A stretch of 64,000 nucleotides of DNA, taken from Candidatus Bathyarchaeota archaeon (GTDB taxonomy: Archaea; Thermoproteota; Bathyarchaeia; Bathyarchaeales; Bathycorpusculaceae). The notes under the pieces are model-generated. The model had not been told where the DNA came from. It saw only the letters and a program-made list of their open reading frames with translations, and did not search any database. Positions 50,919 through 64,000 of the stretch are shown one piece after another (position 1 is the stretch's first letter; each line of letters begins with the position of its first letter). A program made the position numbers and the translations under genes. The stretch lies in the NCBI GenBank assembly GCA_963775685.1, contig CAVZJV010000014.1, forward strand, positions 2,176,001 through 2,240,000, read 5' to 3'.

Positions 50919-51302
50919 ATGGACCACACCTTAATTCATTTTGAAATCCCAGCAAACGACGTAGAGAACCTCAAGCGTTTTTATGAGGAAGTTTTCGGTT
51001 GGAAAATTACTCAAACTTCAGGACCAATCGAGTACTGGTCAATCCAAACGGTTCCTGCTGATCCAAACGGCAAGCTATTGCGACCAGGAGTTAACGGTGG
51101 TATGTACAAAAAACAGGTTCCTGAAAGCAAACCTGTAAACTACTTCGCTGTCGAATCTATTAGCAATTTTCTGGCAAAGATTGAAAAATTGGGCGGAAAA
51201 GTTACTCAGCCCAAACAAGAAGTTCCGGAAATCGGTTGGATTGCAGCGGCGGAAGACCCAGAAGGAAACGTTTTTGCGCTTATTCAGCAGATACATGTTT
51301 AA
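50919..51302 (+). CDS. VOC/glyoxalase family protein
   Basis: HFEIPA, FYEEVFGW, GVNGG and EDPEGN. Confidence 0.88.
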   Translation: MDHTLIHFEIPANDVENLKRFYEEVFGWKITQTSGPIEYWSIQTVPADPNGKLLRPGVNGGMYKKQVPESKPVNYFAVESISNFLAKIEKLGGKVTQPKQEVPEIGWIAAAEDPEGNVFALIQQIHV

Positions 51303-52367
51303 GCGATTATTCCTGTTGCCTTGGCTGTTTTTTCGCAGGCTTCAACTCCCAGGTTTAGTTTGTGCAGGATGGTGTAACGTTCAGGTCGTATCTTAGCTGC
51401 CATTTCCAAGGCTTTGACTACGTCGGTGTCTTGGATTCCCAGTTCGGCGGCTGTTGTGGGTGCGCCGAGTTGTTTTAGAGTGGTTTTTATGCGTTGCCAG
51501 TTGCCTTTTTGTAGATAAGCAGTTAAAATCGAGCCAATGCCGCATTGTTCACCGTGCATAGCGTGTTTTGTGTTTATTATGTCTAAGGCATGGCTAAAGA
51601 GGTGCTCGGAGCCGCTGCATGGACGGCTGCTTCCCGCGATGCTCATGGCAACCCCGCAGCTGATTAGGGCTTCAAGCAAAACTCGTAAACCTTCATCTTG
51701 ACGATAAACGATTAACTCTGCGTTCTCCGTTACCAGCTTCGCGCTCATCAACGCCAAGCTTGCTGCATAGCCGCCATAATACTCGCCGTTTTCTATGTGC
51801 GCCAGTTGCCAGTCTTTAACGGCTGTGTACTTGGAAATGATGTCTCCGCATCCGCTCACTACGAATCGCCAAGGTCCTTTAGCAATAACTTGTGTATCGG
51901 CAATTATGGCAAGGGGTGCCTGCGCCATAATCGAGAAGGGCTTGTCGGAACCTTTGATTGAAGCAAGGGGACTGGCGATGCCGTCATGGGATACGGTCGT
52001 TGGAACGCTTATGAAGGGGATTTTTAGTTTCCCTGAGCTTACTTTGGCAGAGTCGATGATTGTTCCGCCGCCAACTCCAAAGAGCACCTGCGGCTTTAGG
52101 GTTTTAATCTGATCCTCAATGGCCAATACGTCAGTCATTGTCATGGTTTTGACTTGAAGAAAGTCCACGGTTAAGCCTGATTGTTCCAGAAAACCCGCAG
52201 ACTGTTTTGCCGGCGATTTCGTAACATTGTTGGTCAGACATCACTAAAGCTTTGTCTTTGAGACCTAGGCGTTTGGCTACGTCGGGAATGCTGCTTAGTG
52301 TGCCTTTGCCAACGATGACTTCGCGTGGTAGCTGCATGTAATGGTATTTTAAACTCAACTCAACCAC
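51299..52367 (-). CDS. egsA: sn-glycerol-1-phosphate dehydrogenase (1-nt insertion in T-run ~52190)
   Basis: MQLPREV, GVGGG..ID.AK, PT..SHDGIASP, SRPCSGSEHLFSHALD and HGEQCG. Confidence 0.92.
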
Positions 52368-52449
52368 TGTTAACTTGCAGAGGTATAGTTCGGGATGGAT
52401 GCTTTAAAACTTTGGGAATTGGTACCCAGTTTAACCCTCTACAATTAAC

Positions 52450-53240
52450 CAAAAAGGCTCAAAAGCGATTAGAGTCCCGATGCAAATGGGCTATCTGTCT
52501 TGGTTACTCCCACATCATCATGGGCATTCCAAGGCATGATGAATTGGTGTTTTCCAGATGTTCCCTCTTGATTTTCCTAAAAGATGCTTACAGCATAAAC
52601 TGCTTATTTGGAAGCGTAATGCCGTATTGTCCAGACTGCACTGGCACAGTGAATGTTTGAACGATTACGTTTGTAGCTGTAAGTCGCTCAAGTATTATCT
52701 GGGTGGGAACAACTCCCGAGCTTACTTTTACAGTGCCTTACACTGAAACCTTAGCGTTTATTACTGAGCGGGTGTAGGGCAAGGAGATTGTAATTCCATT
52801 GTCTGTTGTAGCATTGAAGGTGAGGTTGTAGGTGTTTGTTGGGGTTGTTTCTGAAACATGAAGTGTTAAGGTACTTTTAAAGAACCTGTTGTTTGTCGGC
52901 ATCCTTATTGTTGGCTAAAACTGAGGATTTTGCCGTCTGGAGAATCCAATATTGCCTAATCTGACGTTTTCAGGCGACCCCTTAAAGTTCCTTACAATCA
53001 CGTTAACCTCACGCTGCGTCCCCGTATAATGATACCATGCGAAGTGGAAATTTCTAGATGATAATTGAAAGGGACGAGACTTATGGTTGCCGCTATTTGG
53101 GGCGTCTTGGTCGGTGAATTTCCAAAAAAGTAGATGCTGCTAACCAAGAAAACAGTTAGCAAAATAACTGCTAAAACGATTCCTATAGTCCTTTTTCGGT
53201 AACGGATAATTCGAGGTTCTTGGTCTATTAAACACATAAC
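52450..53240 (-). pseudogene. Degraded membrane-anchored secreted protein
   Basis: TM anchor ORF 52998-53267 followed by Thr/Val-rich fragments with stops and frameshifts. Confidence 0.4.
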
Positions 53241-53389
53241 CTCAAAATACCTACACCTTAAGGGCAATTTAGTTCTACCTATAGAACAAACCGTTCAATA
53301 ACAGGAACAACCAAAAAAAGAGCAACTCCACAATGTTATGCTTATATTCTCGGATGGTTGTTATTGGTTTTTTAGGAGACATAGAAAAC

Positions 53390-53668
53390 ATGCCCGCTAT
53401 TGAAGTCGGAAGATTATGCGTAAAACATCTCGGTCGAGAGAACGGCAAAAAATGCGTCATCATTGACGTTATGGACAAAAGCTTCGTGTTAGTTACGGGA
53501 CCCAAAAAAGTTACCGGCGTCAAACGCAGGCGAGTCAACATAAACCATGTTATGCCTCTGCAAGAAAAAATCGAAATTAAACGAGGCGCCTCAGACGAGG
53601 AAGTTGCCCAAGCGTTGGAAGCTGCTGGCAAACTCAAAGACATGACCCAACCTGCAAAAACCGCATAA
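53390..53668 (+). CDS. rpl14e: 50S ribosomal protein eL14
   Basis: [43 protein letters not shown]. Confidence 0.95.
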   Translation: MPAIEVGRLCVKHLGRENGKKCVIIDVMDKSFVLVTGPKKVTGVKRRRVNINHVMPLQEKIEIKRGASDEEVAQALEAAGKLKDMTQPAKTA

Positions 53669-53733
53669 TTTTAACCTTTAATTACCTCACATATCCTTTT
53701 TCTTACACCTAACCTAGGAGAAAGAAACCAGTC

Positions 53734-54765
53734 ATGCCCAGAACAACCCCGCCGTGGGAAACCCAACGCCAATTGCTAACAAAAAAAGAAGACTACACCG
53801 ACCCAAAATACGGTTGCAAACCCTCTGAGCGACCAGCAAAAGAATACATCAAATATGGTACCATAAACCTCGATAAGCCTGCCGGTCCGACAAGCCACGA
53901 AGTTGCGGCATGGGTCAAAAAAATCATGCATTTAGAAACGATTGGGCACGGAGGAACCCTCGACCCCAAAGTCACAGGTGTTTTACCAATCACACTTGAG
54001 GACGCGACCAAAATGGTTCAGGCGCTGCTTCACAGCGGCAAAGAATATGTCTGCGTCATGAAACTGCACGGCGACGTAGGCGAGGACCAGGTTAAGAGTG
54101 TTTTGGCTGAATTTGAGGATGAAATCTATCAACGTCCACCTTTACGTTCATCAGTCAAACGGCAAATCCGTACTAGGCGCATATACTATAACAATTACAT
54201 GGAGATGGATGGACGAAATGTTCTCTTCAAAGTCGGCTGCGAAGGCGGAACATACATCCGTAAACTCTGCTTTGACATCGGCGAAATCCTAGGCGTTGGC
54301 GCTCACATGCAGGAGCTCCGTCGAACCCGCGCAGGGCCATTCCTTGAAACCAGCGCCAAAAAAGTTACGTTGCATGATGTTGCTTACTGGTTTGGTGAAT
54401 ACGAAGCGAAAAAAGAGCAGTCATTCTTGTGCAAGTTCATTGAGCCCATGGAAGTTGCTCTAATGCAGGTCCCCAAAATCATCGTTCGCGATTCAGCCGT
54501 TGATGCTCTTTGCCACGGCGCCAACTTGACCGCGCCAGGTGTGTTGCAGGTTGATACGGGTATCATGAAGGATTCAGTGGTTGCGATTTTCACGTTAAAG
54601 GGCGAAGCAGTTGCGTTAGCTAAAGCGCTTGTTTCAACCCAAGAGATAATGGAGCTAAACCATGGCGCAGTTGCTGCTCTTGCACGTGTGCTTATGCCAC
54701 GGGGCACTTACCCAAAAGTTTGGAAAAGTAGGGGCGCCAATGAGCAAAGACCCAAAGAACGTTGA
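53734..54765 (+). CDS. cbf5: H/ACA pseudouridine synthase Cbf5 (TruB family)
   Basis: LDKPAGPTSHEV, GHGGTLDP.VTGVL, GTYIR.L and PUA domain. Confidence 0.95.
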   Translation: MPRTTPPWETQRQLLTKKEDYTDPKYGCKPSERPAKEYIKYGTINLDKPAGPTSHEVAAWVKKIMHLETIGHGGTLDPKVTGVLPITLEDATKMVQALLHSGKEYVCVMKLHGDVGEDQVKSVLAEFEDEIYQRPPLRSSVKRQIRTRRIYYNNYMEMDGRNVLFKVGCEGGTYIRKLCFDIGEILGVGAHMQELRRTRAGPFLETSAKKVTLHDVAYWFGEYEAKKEQSFLCKFIEPMEVALMQVPKIIVRDSAVDALCHGANLTAPGVLQVDTGIMKDSVVAIFTLKGEAVALAKALVSTQEIMELNHGAVAALARVLMPRGTYPKVWKSRGANEQRPKER

Positions 54766-55354
54766 GCACTATTTTGCCTGTGCACCCAGATCTCAGGAAC
54801 GCTTCGGACTTGTTCGAACTATCCTTTGCGGTAAATCCTTCGAGTTTTTGACTGCCTCGAGTGTTTTTTCGAAGCGAAAGATTGATTCTGGCACCAGGCT
54901 GCTCATCGAAGCCATGGTGCTGCCTCAAACAGGCTGCGTTCTTGACATCGGCTGCGGATACGGTGCTGTCGGAATATCCATCGCTAAACTCAACCCCAAA
55001 CTGCACGTAGTCATGACGGATGTGAACGCCCGAGCAGTGCGCTTAGCCAAGAAAAACGTGGAGTTAAACAGAGTAACAAACACCGAGGTACGTTACGGCT
55101 TCTTCTATGAGCCTGTGGAGAATTTGAAGTTCAATTGCATTCTGTCGAATCCTCCTGTAAGTGCCGGCATGGAAACAGTGAAAGCAATAGTGACGGGTGC
55201 TCCTATAGAAATGTCGACCGACGCGAGTTTTCAAATGGTTATCCGCTCCAAAATTGGCGCAAAATTATTGCCTTCTCTTTTTACTGAAACTTTTGGCAAT
55301 TGTACAGTTCTTGCTCGTGAGAGTGGTTTTAGGGTACTCGTAGGCAAGATTTAG
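54740..55354 (+). CDS. Class I SAM methyltransferase, RsmC-like
   Basis: HYF, VFS...ID.GT.LL, LDIGCGYG, DVN.RA and SNPP. Confidence 0.85.
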   Translation: MSKDPKNVEHYFACAPRSQERFGLVRTILCGKSFEFLTASSVFSKRKIDSGTRLLIEAMVLPQTGCVLDIGCGYGAVGISIAKLNPKLHVVMTDVNARAVRLAKKNVELNRVTNTEVRYGFFYEPVENLKFNCILSNPPVSAGMETVKAIVTGAPIEMSTDASFQMVIRSKIGAKLLPSLFTETFGNCTVLARESGFRVLVGKI

Positions 55355-55693
55355 CGTCGGTGCTGAGCTTATCGAGTTTTTTTAGGTTTCTTAATTTCGC
55401 GAGTTTTGGTAGACGACAAGTGAACATTTATCAGATATGACCTTTTTCGGTGAGTTTTCTTCTTAACTTGAGCTTTCAACAGTTTCTGCAAAGGTCAATT
55501 TAGCTTTAGATGAAGGGAAGTCTACTATCTGTTGGTGAAAAGAGAGTGTCTCTAAAAGTTCAACACAGCAATTCGCATTGAGTACGAGAATCTTTAGAGC
55601 ACACGAGCAAGGACTATTTCTGCCAAAGTACCGCAAACTTGAAAAAGCCACCCCAACATAACAAAAGAAAACATTACAAGGCAGTGGACTGGG

Positions 55694-55924
55694 ATGAAAC
55701 TAAACAAGATCGACGAAAAAGTCTACCAAACCCTCAAAACAGAAGGAAAGGAATTAACCCTGCAGGAACTAACTGACAAAACAGGTGAACCCTCAAAAAA
55801 AGTCTTCAAATCACTAAAAAAGTTTTTCGAGCAAGAAATCATAGAGACCAAAGCTCGAAAATACTCTTTGACTGGAAAAGACCCCAAAACCGCGAAAGAA
55901 GAAGAACCCAAACCAAAAGAATAA
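55694..55924 (+). CDS. Small winged-helix protein
   Basis: LTLQELTDKTGEPSKKVFKSLKK.FEQ.II. Confidence 0.6.
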   Translation: MKLNKIDEKVYQTLKTEGKELTLQELTDKTGEPSKKVFKSLKKFFEQEIIETKARKYSLTGKDPKTAKEEEPKPKE

Positions 55925-55934
55925 AAATTTCTTG

Positions 55935-56011
55935 TGGAGCCTCGAGCGGGCCTTGCTCCCGCGGCCTGCTGCTTACAAGGCAGCCGCTCTACTGGGCTGA
56001 GCTATCGAGGC
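55935..56011 (-). tRNA. tRNA-Thr(TGT) with non-canonical D/T loops, CCA encoded
   Basis: Same body as the CGT copy (3 differences); T-loop AGCAAGG, D-loop AGCCCAGTA. Confidence 0.9.
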
Positions 56012-56180
56012 ACATGCAGATTCATTTTTGCATCAACACATAAAAACCTACCCAAATAAAAGTTGTTGCTAACGGTACTGAAGGCGATTTATCGCCAAAG
56101 TCCTTAAGAGGACAAATTGGGTAGTGCCTCTTACATAAATGGGATAAAAATTACTATTCTCGCATAGTTAGGTCAAGCTA

Positions 56181-57383
56181 ATGAAGCTCGTGAAAAAGAG
56201 GTCAATGATGGTCTTTGCAGGTTTACTTTTTAGTTGTTTTAGCAAGTATATTACTGTTTGAAAAAGTATCGATTAATGATCCCAAAGGAAGAATGAATTG
56301 TTATGTTGGGGTTGCTTTTGGCGGCAACACCATTGAGGAAGCAAAACTTTTGGATTGACCGAACAAAAGAATACTCAAACCTCTTCATTCTTTAGTCGGG
56401 TCCAATAAGCATGAACGAAACTGCATAAATGAAATTTGTAACTATGCCGTTACATCAGGGCTAAATATTATCGTTTACTTCGGCGAGCTATACCCGAGAA
56501 TACTATCGCAGAAGGATTTGACGTGGCGAACGTCGTGGATTGGCAATGCCAGAAAACTTTATGGTGACCCTTTTTTGGGTGTATATTACTATGATGAAAG
56601 CGGCGGAATTTACCTTGACTCTGACAAAAATGTACAAATTGGCGTTTGACTCCTAACTCGATCTATGATTCAGTCGCGTAAATATTTGAGACCGGCTTCT
56701 TGAAAGACCCTGGAACTATCTCATTAAAGAATAGAAACATCCCGATTTTTTGCTCTGATTATTTGCTCTATTGATTTGATTATCTTTCTGGCTACGATAG
56801 AGTTCTAGCGAGGTCGGGTGGAATCATACTTTGGTAAGAGATATTGCGTTGATTAGAGTGGCAGCAAATTTCCAGCATAAGGACTGAGGAGTTATAATCA
56901 CTTGGAAATATACAAATCCTCCCTATTTCCTTGATACGGGAGCAGCAATTTATGAAAAAAATGTGTTCCGCCTATGTAGTTGGTGCCAAATACATAGTCA
57001 TCTTCAATTATCCCTACACGAACGATACTTATGGAATAATGGGCGATGAACACTTTGCAGCTCTTGAAAAGTTCTGGAACGAAGTAGCACAGAACAAAAT
57101 AATGAAGTGCAATTCTGCTGAAGCTGCGTTAGTTTTGCGCAAAAACTGCGGTTATGGATTGCGTTATCCTGAGGATAAGATTTGGGGATTTTGGGGTCCA
57201 GATGAAAAGTCGTCAATAATATGGGAGATGATCCAGGGATTGTTGAGTCATTATGGTTATTCCCTTGACATTGTATACGACGATTGTTGCTTAACTTTCC
57301 TAAATAGCTATAAAACGGTATATTCTGGAATTCAACCCTTGCCTAAAAGTTACCCATTGGCAACGGGCCGAATAGTCATTTGA
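56181..57383 (+). pseudogene. Degraded membrane-anchored hypothetical protein
   Basis: YVGVAFGGNT.EEAK, GVYYYDE.GG, GAKYIVIFNYP and DKIWGFWGPDEKS pieces with several stops and frameshifts. Confidence 0.65.
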
Positions 57384-57567
57384 TATTTTTGTGATATTAA
57401 CATTGCAGTATTGTGGTTTTGATTCTATATATATTGGGCGGGGTCAGCTGTGAGAAGTCGCGACGTTTAACTTGACGTTATTTTGCTATAAATACGGGTT
57501 TTTTCAAGTTACTTTGAGCGTGAGGTCTTTTGGCTTATAGCGTCGCTTTTAAGTCTTCATATTGCTT

Positions 57568-57620
57568 CATGCATAGGCCAAACAACAACGACGCAACACA
57601 CTATACAATGAAATATGTGT
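57568..57620 (+). repeat. 53-bp exact duplicate of the 23S leader segment (57977-58029)
   Basis: CATGCATAGGCCAAACAACAACGACGCAACACACTATACAATGAAATATGTGT present twice, 409 bp apart. Confidence 0.95.
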
Positions 57621-57835
57621 GGCATCTGAACGCTGTTTTTTCCTACGGGTGTTAAACGGGACAAAAAATGTTTCTGTTGTTCTATATTTAACGACAATCT
57701 TATATGTTGGAAAGTTGCTAGTATGGTTCCCCACGTATGCAACTCGGCAACGAAACATTTGCTTGAGTGAAGAACCCAAAGGAAGCCAGAGACGCACACC
57801 AAAACATCGATAACAAACCATGCTGCTGTTCAACG

Positions 57836-57852
57836 ATACACTTATATTAACG
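57836..57852 (+). promoter_or_regulatory. Probable 23S rRNA promoter
   Basis: CTTATATTAA at 57841-57850, ~25 bp before the 5' arm of the outermost processing stem (57872). Confidence 0.55.
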
Positions 57853-58032
57853 AAATCTGCTTCTATTGCAGTTCAGCAATTATGGGTTATACCATAAAAA
57901 AGATGCAACTCCCCACTTAACCGTGTGGAGTGAAGGGTGAGATGAGTTCCTGATCACTGGGAATTCACAATGACACCATGCATAGGCCAAACAACAACGA
58001 CGCAACACACTATACAATGAAATATGTGTTTC

Positions 58033-58055
58033 ACCAAACGCCAAACAGACACTAC
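58033..58055 (+). other. 5' strand of the 23S bulge-helix-bulge processing stem (pairs with 61094-61116)
   Basis: ACCAAA-CGCC-AAA-CAGACACTAC / GTAGTGTCTG-AGCG-ATA-TTTGGT. Confidence 0.75.
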
Positions 58056-58059
58056 CATT

Positions 58060-61092
<3,033 letters not shown>

Positions 61093-61387
61093 TGTAGTGT
61101 CTGAGCGATATTTGGTTGAAACGCATCTTTCGGTACGGTGTGAAGTGAAGTGTTTGGCCTATGCATGGCGTAACTGTCATATTGCTGAAAGAATTTTTAT
61201 TTTTTTGGATATTTTATTTTGTTTTCTTTTGTCCATTTTCTCTTTAACTAATGGGATTAGCCTTTGTGGAGTTTAGTTGTTTGAGGGTGCACGTTATGGC
61301 TTAGAGATGATTTATTTGGTGTGTTTGTGGGAATTCTGGGATTTTTCTGGGCAAAAGTTATATCGGCAAACTACGGCTAAACCTTTT

Positions 61388-61528
61388 ATGCCAGATAAAA
61401 CAAAAGTGCCCCTGTGTCCCACTTGTTTTATAGAAATGACGCCCAAATGCAACAGCCAAAACGTAGTAATCTACCACCAATGTCCCCAATGCGGAACCCT
61501 GATCTTATTTACTCACTCAGGACACTAA
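61388..61528 (+). CDS. 46-aa Zn-ribbon microprotein
   Basis: CPTC...CPQCG; AAAAGTTATAT promoter ~30 bp upstream. Confidence 0.6.
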   Translation: MPDKTKVPLCPTCFIEMTPKCNSQNVVIYHQCPQCGTLILFTHSGH

Positions 61529-62351
61529 CTGATTAACGAATTAAGAAAAGTTGAGTAGTTTGCCAAGTCTTGGTCACTGAGGGGTTTAGCCAGCGCTCTT
61601 TCATACTCGGGATAAATTACAAATAAATTATACATAGTTCATTATTGAGTTGTCCGTTAAATCGAGTACAAATTTGGTGAATTCTGCATCATTTAGGCTG
61701 TATTTTTACGATCACTCCTGTTTTTTAGGGTTAATTAAGTACGCTTTTTGAGTTTGGTCATCTGGCAAGACCAAGCCTGTGAAGATACACCCAAACTTTG
61801 TGCGATTTCACTGTGTAGCCGGAAGGGGTTGAGAAAAAATCGTTAGGATTTTGGCACCGGTTTCGTGCCTTACTCCGAGAAATCAGCTTCAAATCTGACT
61901 GTAAAACTTCTAACTATGCCGTATGTTCAAGCGCAGTTAGGTAATGTTGTGCCACGCAGCCACAAATAAACCCAAGCTATCGTAGATAACTCTGAAATGT
62001 ACTCTGGATTGCTTGTGAAAAATTCGTCAATTTCCAGTCTTGTCGGGTGGTCAAGAGGCAATGCCGAGTTGGTGTGCGCGCCTATCCAATAACGATGGGA
62101 ACCGAAGCTTTCAGTTGCTGTAGGTTGTCACCACGTTGGTCACTGCCTAAACCATAAAGTACGTCAGGCGTGTTAGTTGCCACTGCAAAACAAACAGAAA
62201 TTGCAAGCATAGTTAAGCAGATTGCTAGAGCGACTTTCGGTTCAAAGATCTTTAACATGAAAGTTTGTTGTATTTCGCTATTTATCGCCACAAATGGATG
62301 ACGGTTCGGGAAGTCAGGATAATCGCGAGGCTATGGACCAAAAATATGCCT

Positions 62352-62402
62352 GGTTCAAATATGTTTGAACCTGAATTTCAAATTCATAAAAGCTATTTAT
62401 AT
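62352..62402 (+). promoter_or_regulatory. Two abutting perfect palindromes followed by BRE/TATA
   Basis: GGTTCAAA-tatg-TTTGAACC (62352-62371), TGAATTT-c-AAATTCA (62372-62386), AAAAGCTATTTATAT. Confidence 0.55.
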
Positions 62403-62429
62403 CCTCAGCAAACGTGTTTCTGATTCAAA

Positions 62430-62567
62430 ATGAAGTGTAAACAAAAACTTGAAACCTCCGTTTTAGATTTCCCGATTACCATTGACTATTTAGACTTAGA
62501 CCTAGCTGAGCAAGTGGTCGAGGAAGCCTTCATTAGAGAACCAAAGAAACGAAGAAGAAAAGCATAA
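62430..62567 (+). CDS. 45-aa leaderless hypothetical microprotein
   Basis: MKCKQKLETSVLDFPITIDYLDLDLAEQVVEEAFIREPKKRRRKA; ATG ~28 bp after TATA. Confidence 0.5.
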   Translation: MKCKQKLETSVLDFPITIDYLDLDLAEQVVEEAFIREPKKRRRKA

Positions 62568-62690
62568 TACCTTTACTTCGTGTTGCCTGCTCGCGAACAT
62601 TATTTCTGTTTACTTCTTTGTTGATTGTTCAAATCATTACTTGAATAAAGACTTAGAAAAAAGTTGAAGACTGTTGAGTTTGCGAATGTC

Positions 62691-62909
62691 TTATTCGCCC
62701 CAGTCTTCGCCTTCAATGGTTAACTCTTGAAGATCTATGCATCCACCTCCATCTGGTATTTTTTTAACTTCGAGTTCAAGTCCGCAGCCTGGGCAGCTTA
62801 GGATTTCTCCTTTTTCTGTGTCGCTGGGAATGGTTAGTTCGAATTCGCATTCTGGACATTTGGTTTTGTTATCCAAATTTTGAATTTTTGAGTTTGTTGG
62901 TTTTATCAT
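62691..62909 (-). CDS. lysW: Amino-group carrier protein LysW/ArgW
   Basis: CPEC...GEILSCPGCG.ELEV and C-terminal EDWGE. Confidence 0.9.
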   Translation of the reverse strand: MIKPTNSKIQNLDNKTKCPECEFELTIPSDTEKGEILSCPGCGLELEVKKIPDGGGCIDLQELTIEGEDWGE

Positions 62910-62962
62910 TTTTTTCTCTCTTTTGGGTTGGTTCTTTTATAGTTTTGGAGGTCTTTTAAGTA

Positions 62963-63011
62963 TTGTGACTTTTATGTCACAAATTGCACTATTTGTGTTC
63001 CATTTGGAACA
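62963..63011. promoter_or_regulatory. Two 7-bp palindromes upstream of lysW
   Basis: TTGTGAC-ttttat-GTCACAA (62963-62982) and TGTTCCA-tt-TGGAACA (62996-63011). Confidence 0.5.
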
Positions 63012-63062
63012 ATTGCCTTTTTTCTATGGAAAAAACATTTATTTTGGAAAAAAAATTCTTGA

Positions 63063-64000
63063 TTGCTAACGGTGGAATTTGGAGAACATAGAAATGGGGA
63101 GTTGGATGAGGTATCATTGCTAAGAAAGGCCCTGTTGATTGTTGCCTTCTCGTTTCTGTTCTACAACATCTATCTGGTCATAACTGCAACAGTCTTTGTT
63201 TCCCACTTCCCTTCCATAGTTGCCCAATTACCCCATGTCATAAAAAGCACCCAGCCGAACCTGCAACTGGGCCTTTTCTTATTCCAAGAGCTTTCTGGAT
63301 TAGTTGGTAGCTGCCTACGTTTTGCAGGTTCAATACTTGCCTTGATTAGTGCCCTGCTCTTTTTGCGAAAAGACCCTGAATATCTTGGAAAACTTAGATT
63401 CGCTTTCCTTTTTGATTCGCTTTACTTTTTGCTGCTTTTACCAGCTGCAATCAACCACTTAGCAGGTTCAGTGATCTCGAATAGTCCATTTTTGAATTTT
63501 TACACGGGGGTTTCATTCTTGCTTCAGGTGATGCTGATTTTTCCTCCGATGTTTATGCTTAGCCGCAAAGCTAAGGAATCCCCAAGCTGTCCACCCGATT
63601 CTAAAATGGGTTAGTATAGCTGTTCCTTTTTATGTTTTGGGCTTGTGGATTAAACATAGCTTAATGTGGGTGTATGCTATTTCGCCTTCAGAAACCCAGA
63701 AGAACAGCTTGGTTGGAACATTTGGTTTTGTTAATTCGTGGTTAACTCTGCTGGTTGCCGCTATTGTTTGCACAATTGTTTTCTTAACTTTTAGGGAAAA
63801 GTGCAAACTTAACATCAAGTTTGTTGGGATAGCGTTAATTTTGATGAGTGGTTACTTTTTGATTTATGATTTGGTCTCGATTTGGGACCCGATTTACCGT
63901 GCTTTCCTGCCTCTGACCGATTTTTGGATGATAACGCTGATAGTTGTGGGGATTGCAGTATTGCTGAACTTAAACCCGCGTGAAAAGTCTGTTACACTTT
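63063..64000 (+). CDS. Polytopic membrane protein, frameshifted near 63570-63600, running to the window end
   Basis: Hydrophobic helices continue in another frame after 63614. Confidence 0.55.

Noticed and set aside
56390-56890. UGA read as Trp (TGA at 56772 and 56885 fall at Trp-like positions: LY*FDY, D*GVIITW)
   Set aside because: The same gene also has TAG/TAA stops and frameshifts, and TGA terminates intact genes elsewhere in the window; this is ordinary pseudogene decay

Overview
Archaeal chromosomal segment. Gene content (rpl14e, egsA, topo VI, Cbf5, TrmY, ABCE1, LysW), a TACK-type 23S rRNA and the hypothetical families suggest class Bathyarchaeia (inference). Housekeeping blocks are eno-rps2-MEMO1, thiL/trmY, feoB-DtxR, glyA/serA, dph6-GATase, Lon, aIF5B, ABCE1, top6BA, rpl14e-cbf5-MTase and a stand-alone 23S rRNA gene. 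They are interspersed with decayed mobile DNA: a terminase at the left edge, a 4.6-kb tRNA-Pro-integrated element with an att-split SSV-type integrase and surface-protein cargo, and a tRNA-Ser-anchored island. Four tRNAs are present (Thr-CGT, Pro-TGG, intron-containing Ser-GGA, Thr-TGT). The main oddities are: (i) both tRNA-Thr genes carry a rewired elbow (A18, A54-G55 T-loop AGCAARG instead of G18/TTC); (ii) a ~140-nt rod-shaped candidate ncRNA sits just upstream of a small PD-(D/E)XK nuclease; (iii) an independently transcribed 22-aa Glu/Trp microprotein lies before ABCE1; (iv) a glutaminase is translationally coupled to Dph6. Many genes, including essential ones, have single-base indels in homopolymers, which most likely reflects assembly error, so frameshift and pseudogene calls need read-level checking. 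All family assignments are from motif recognition by eye, not database searches.
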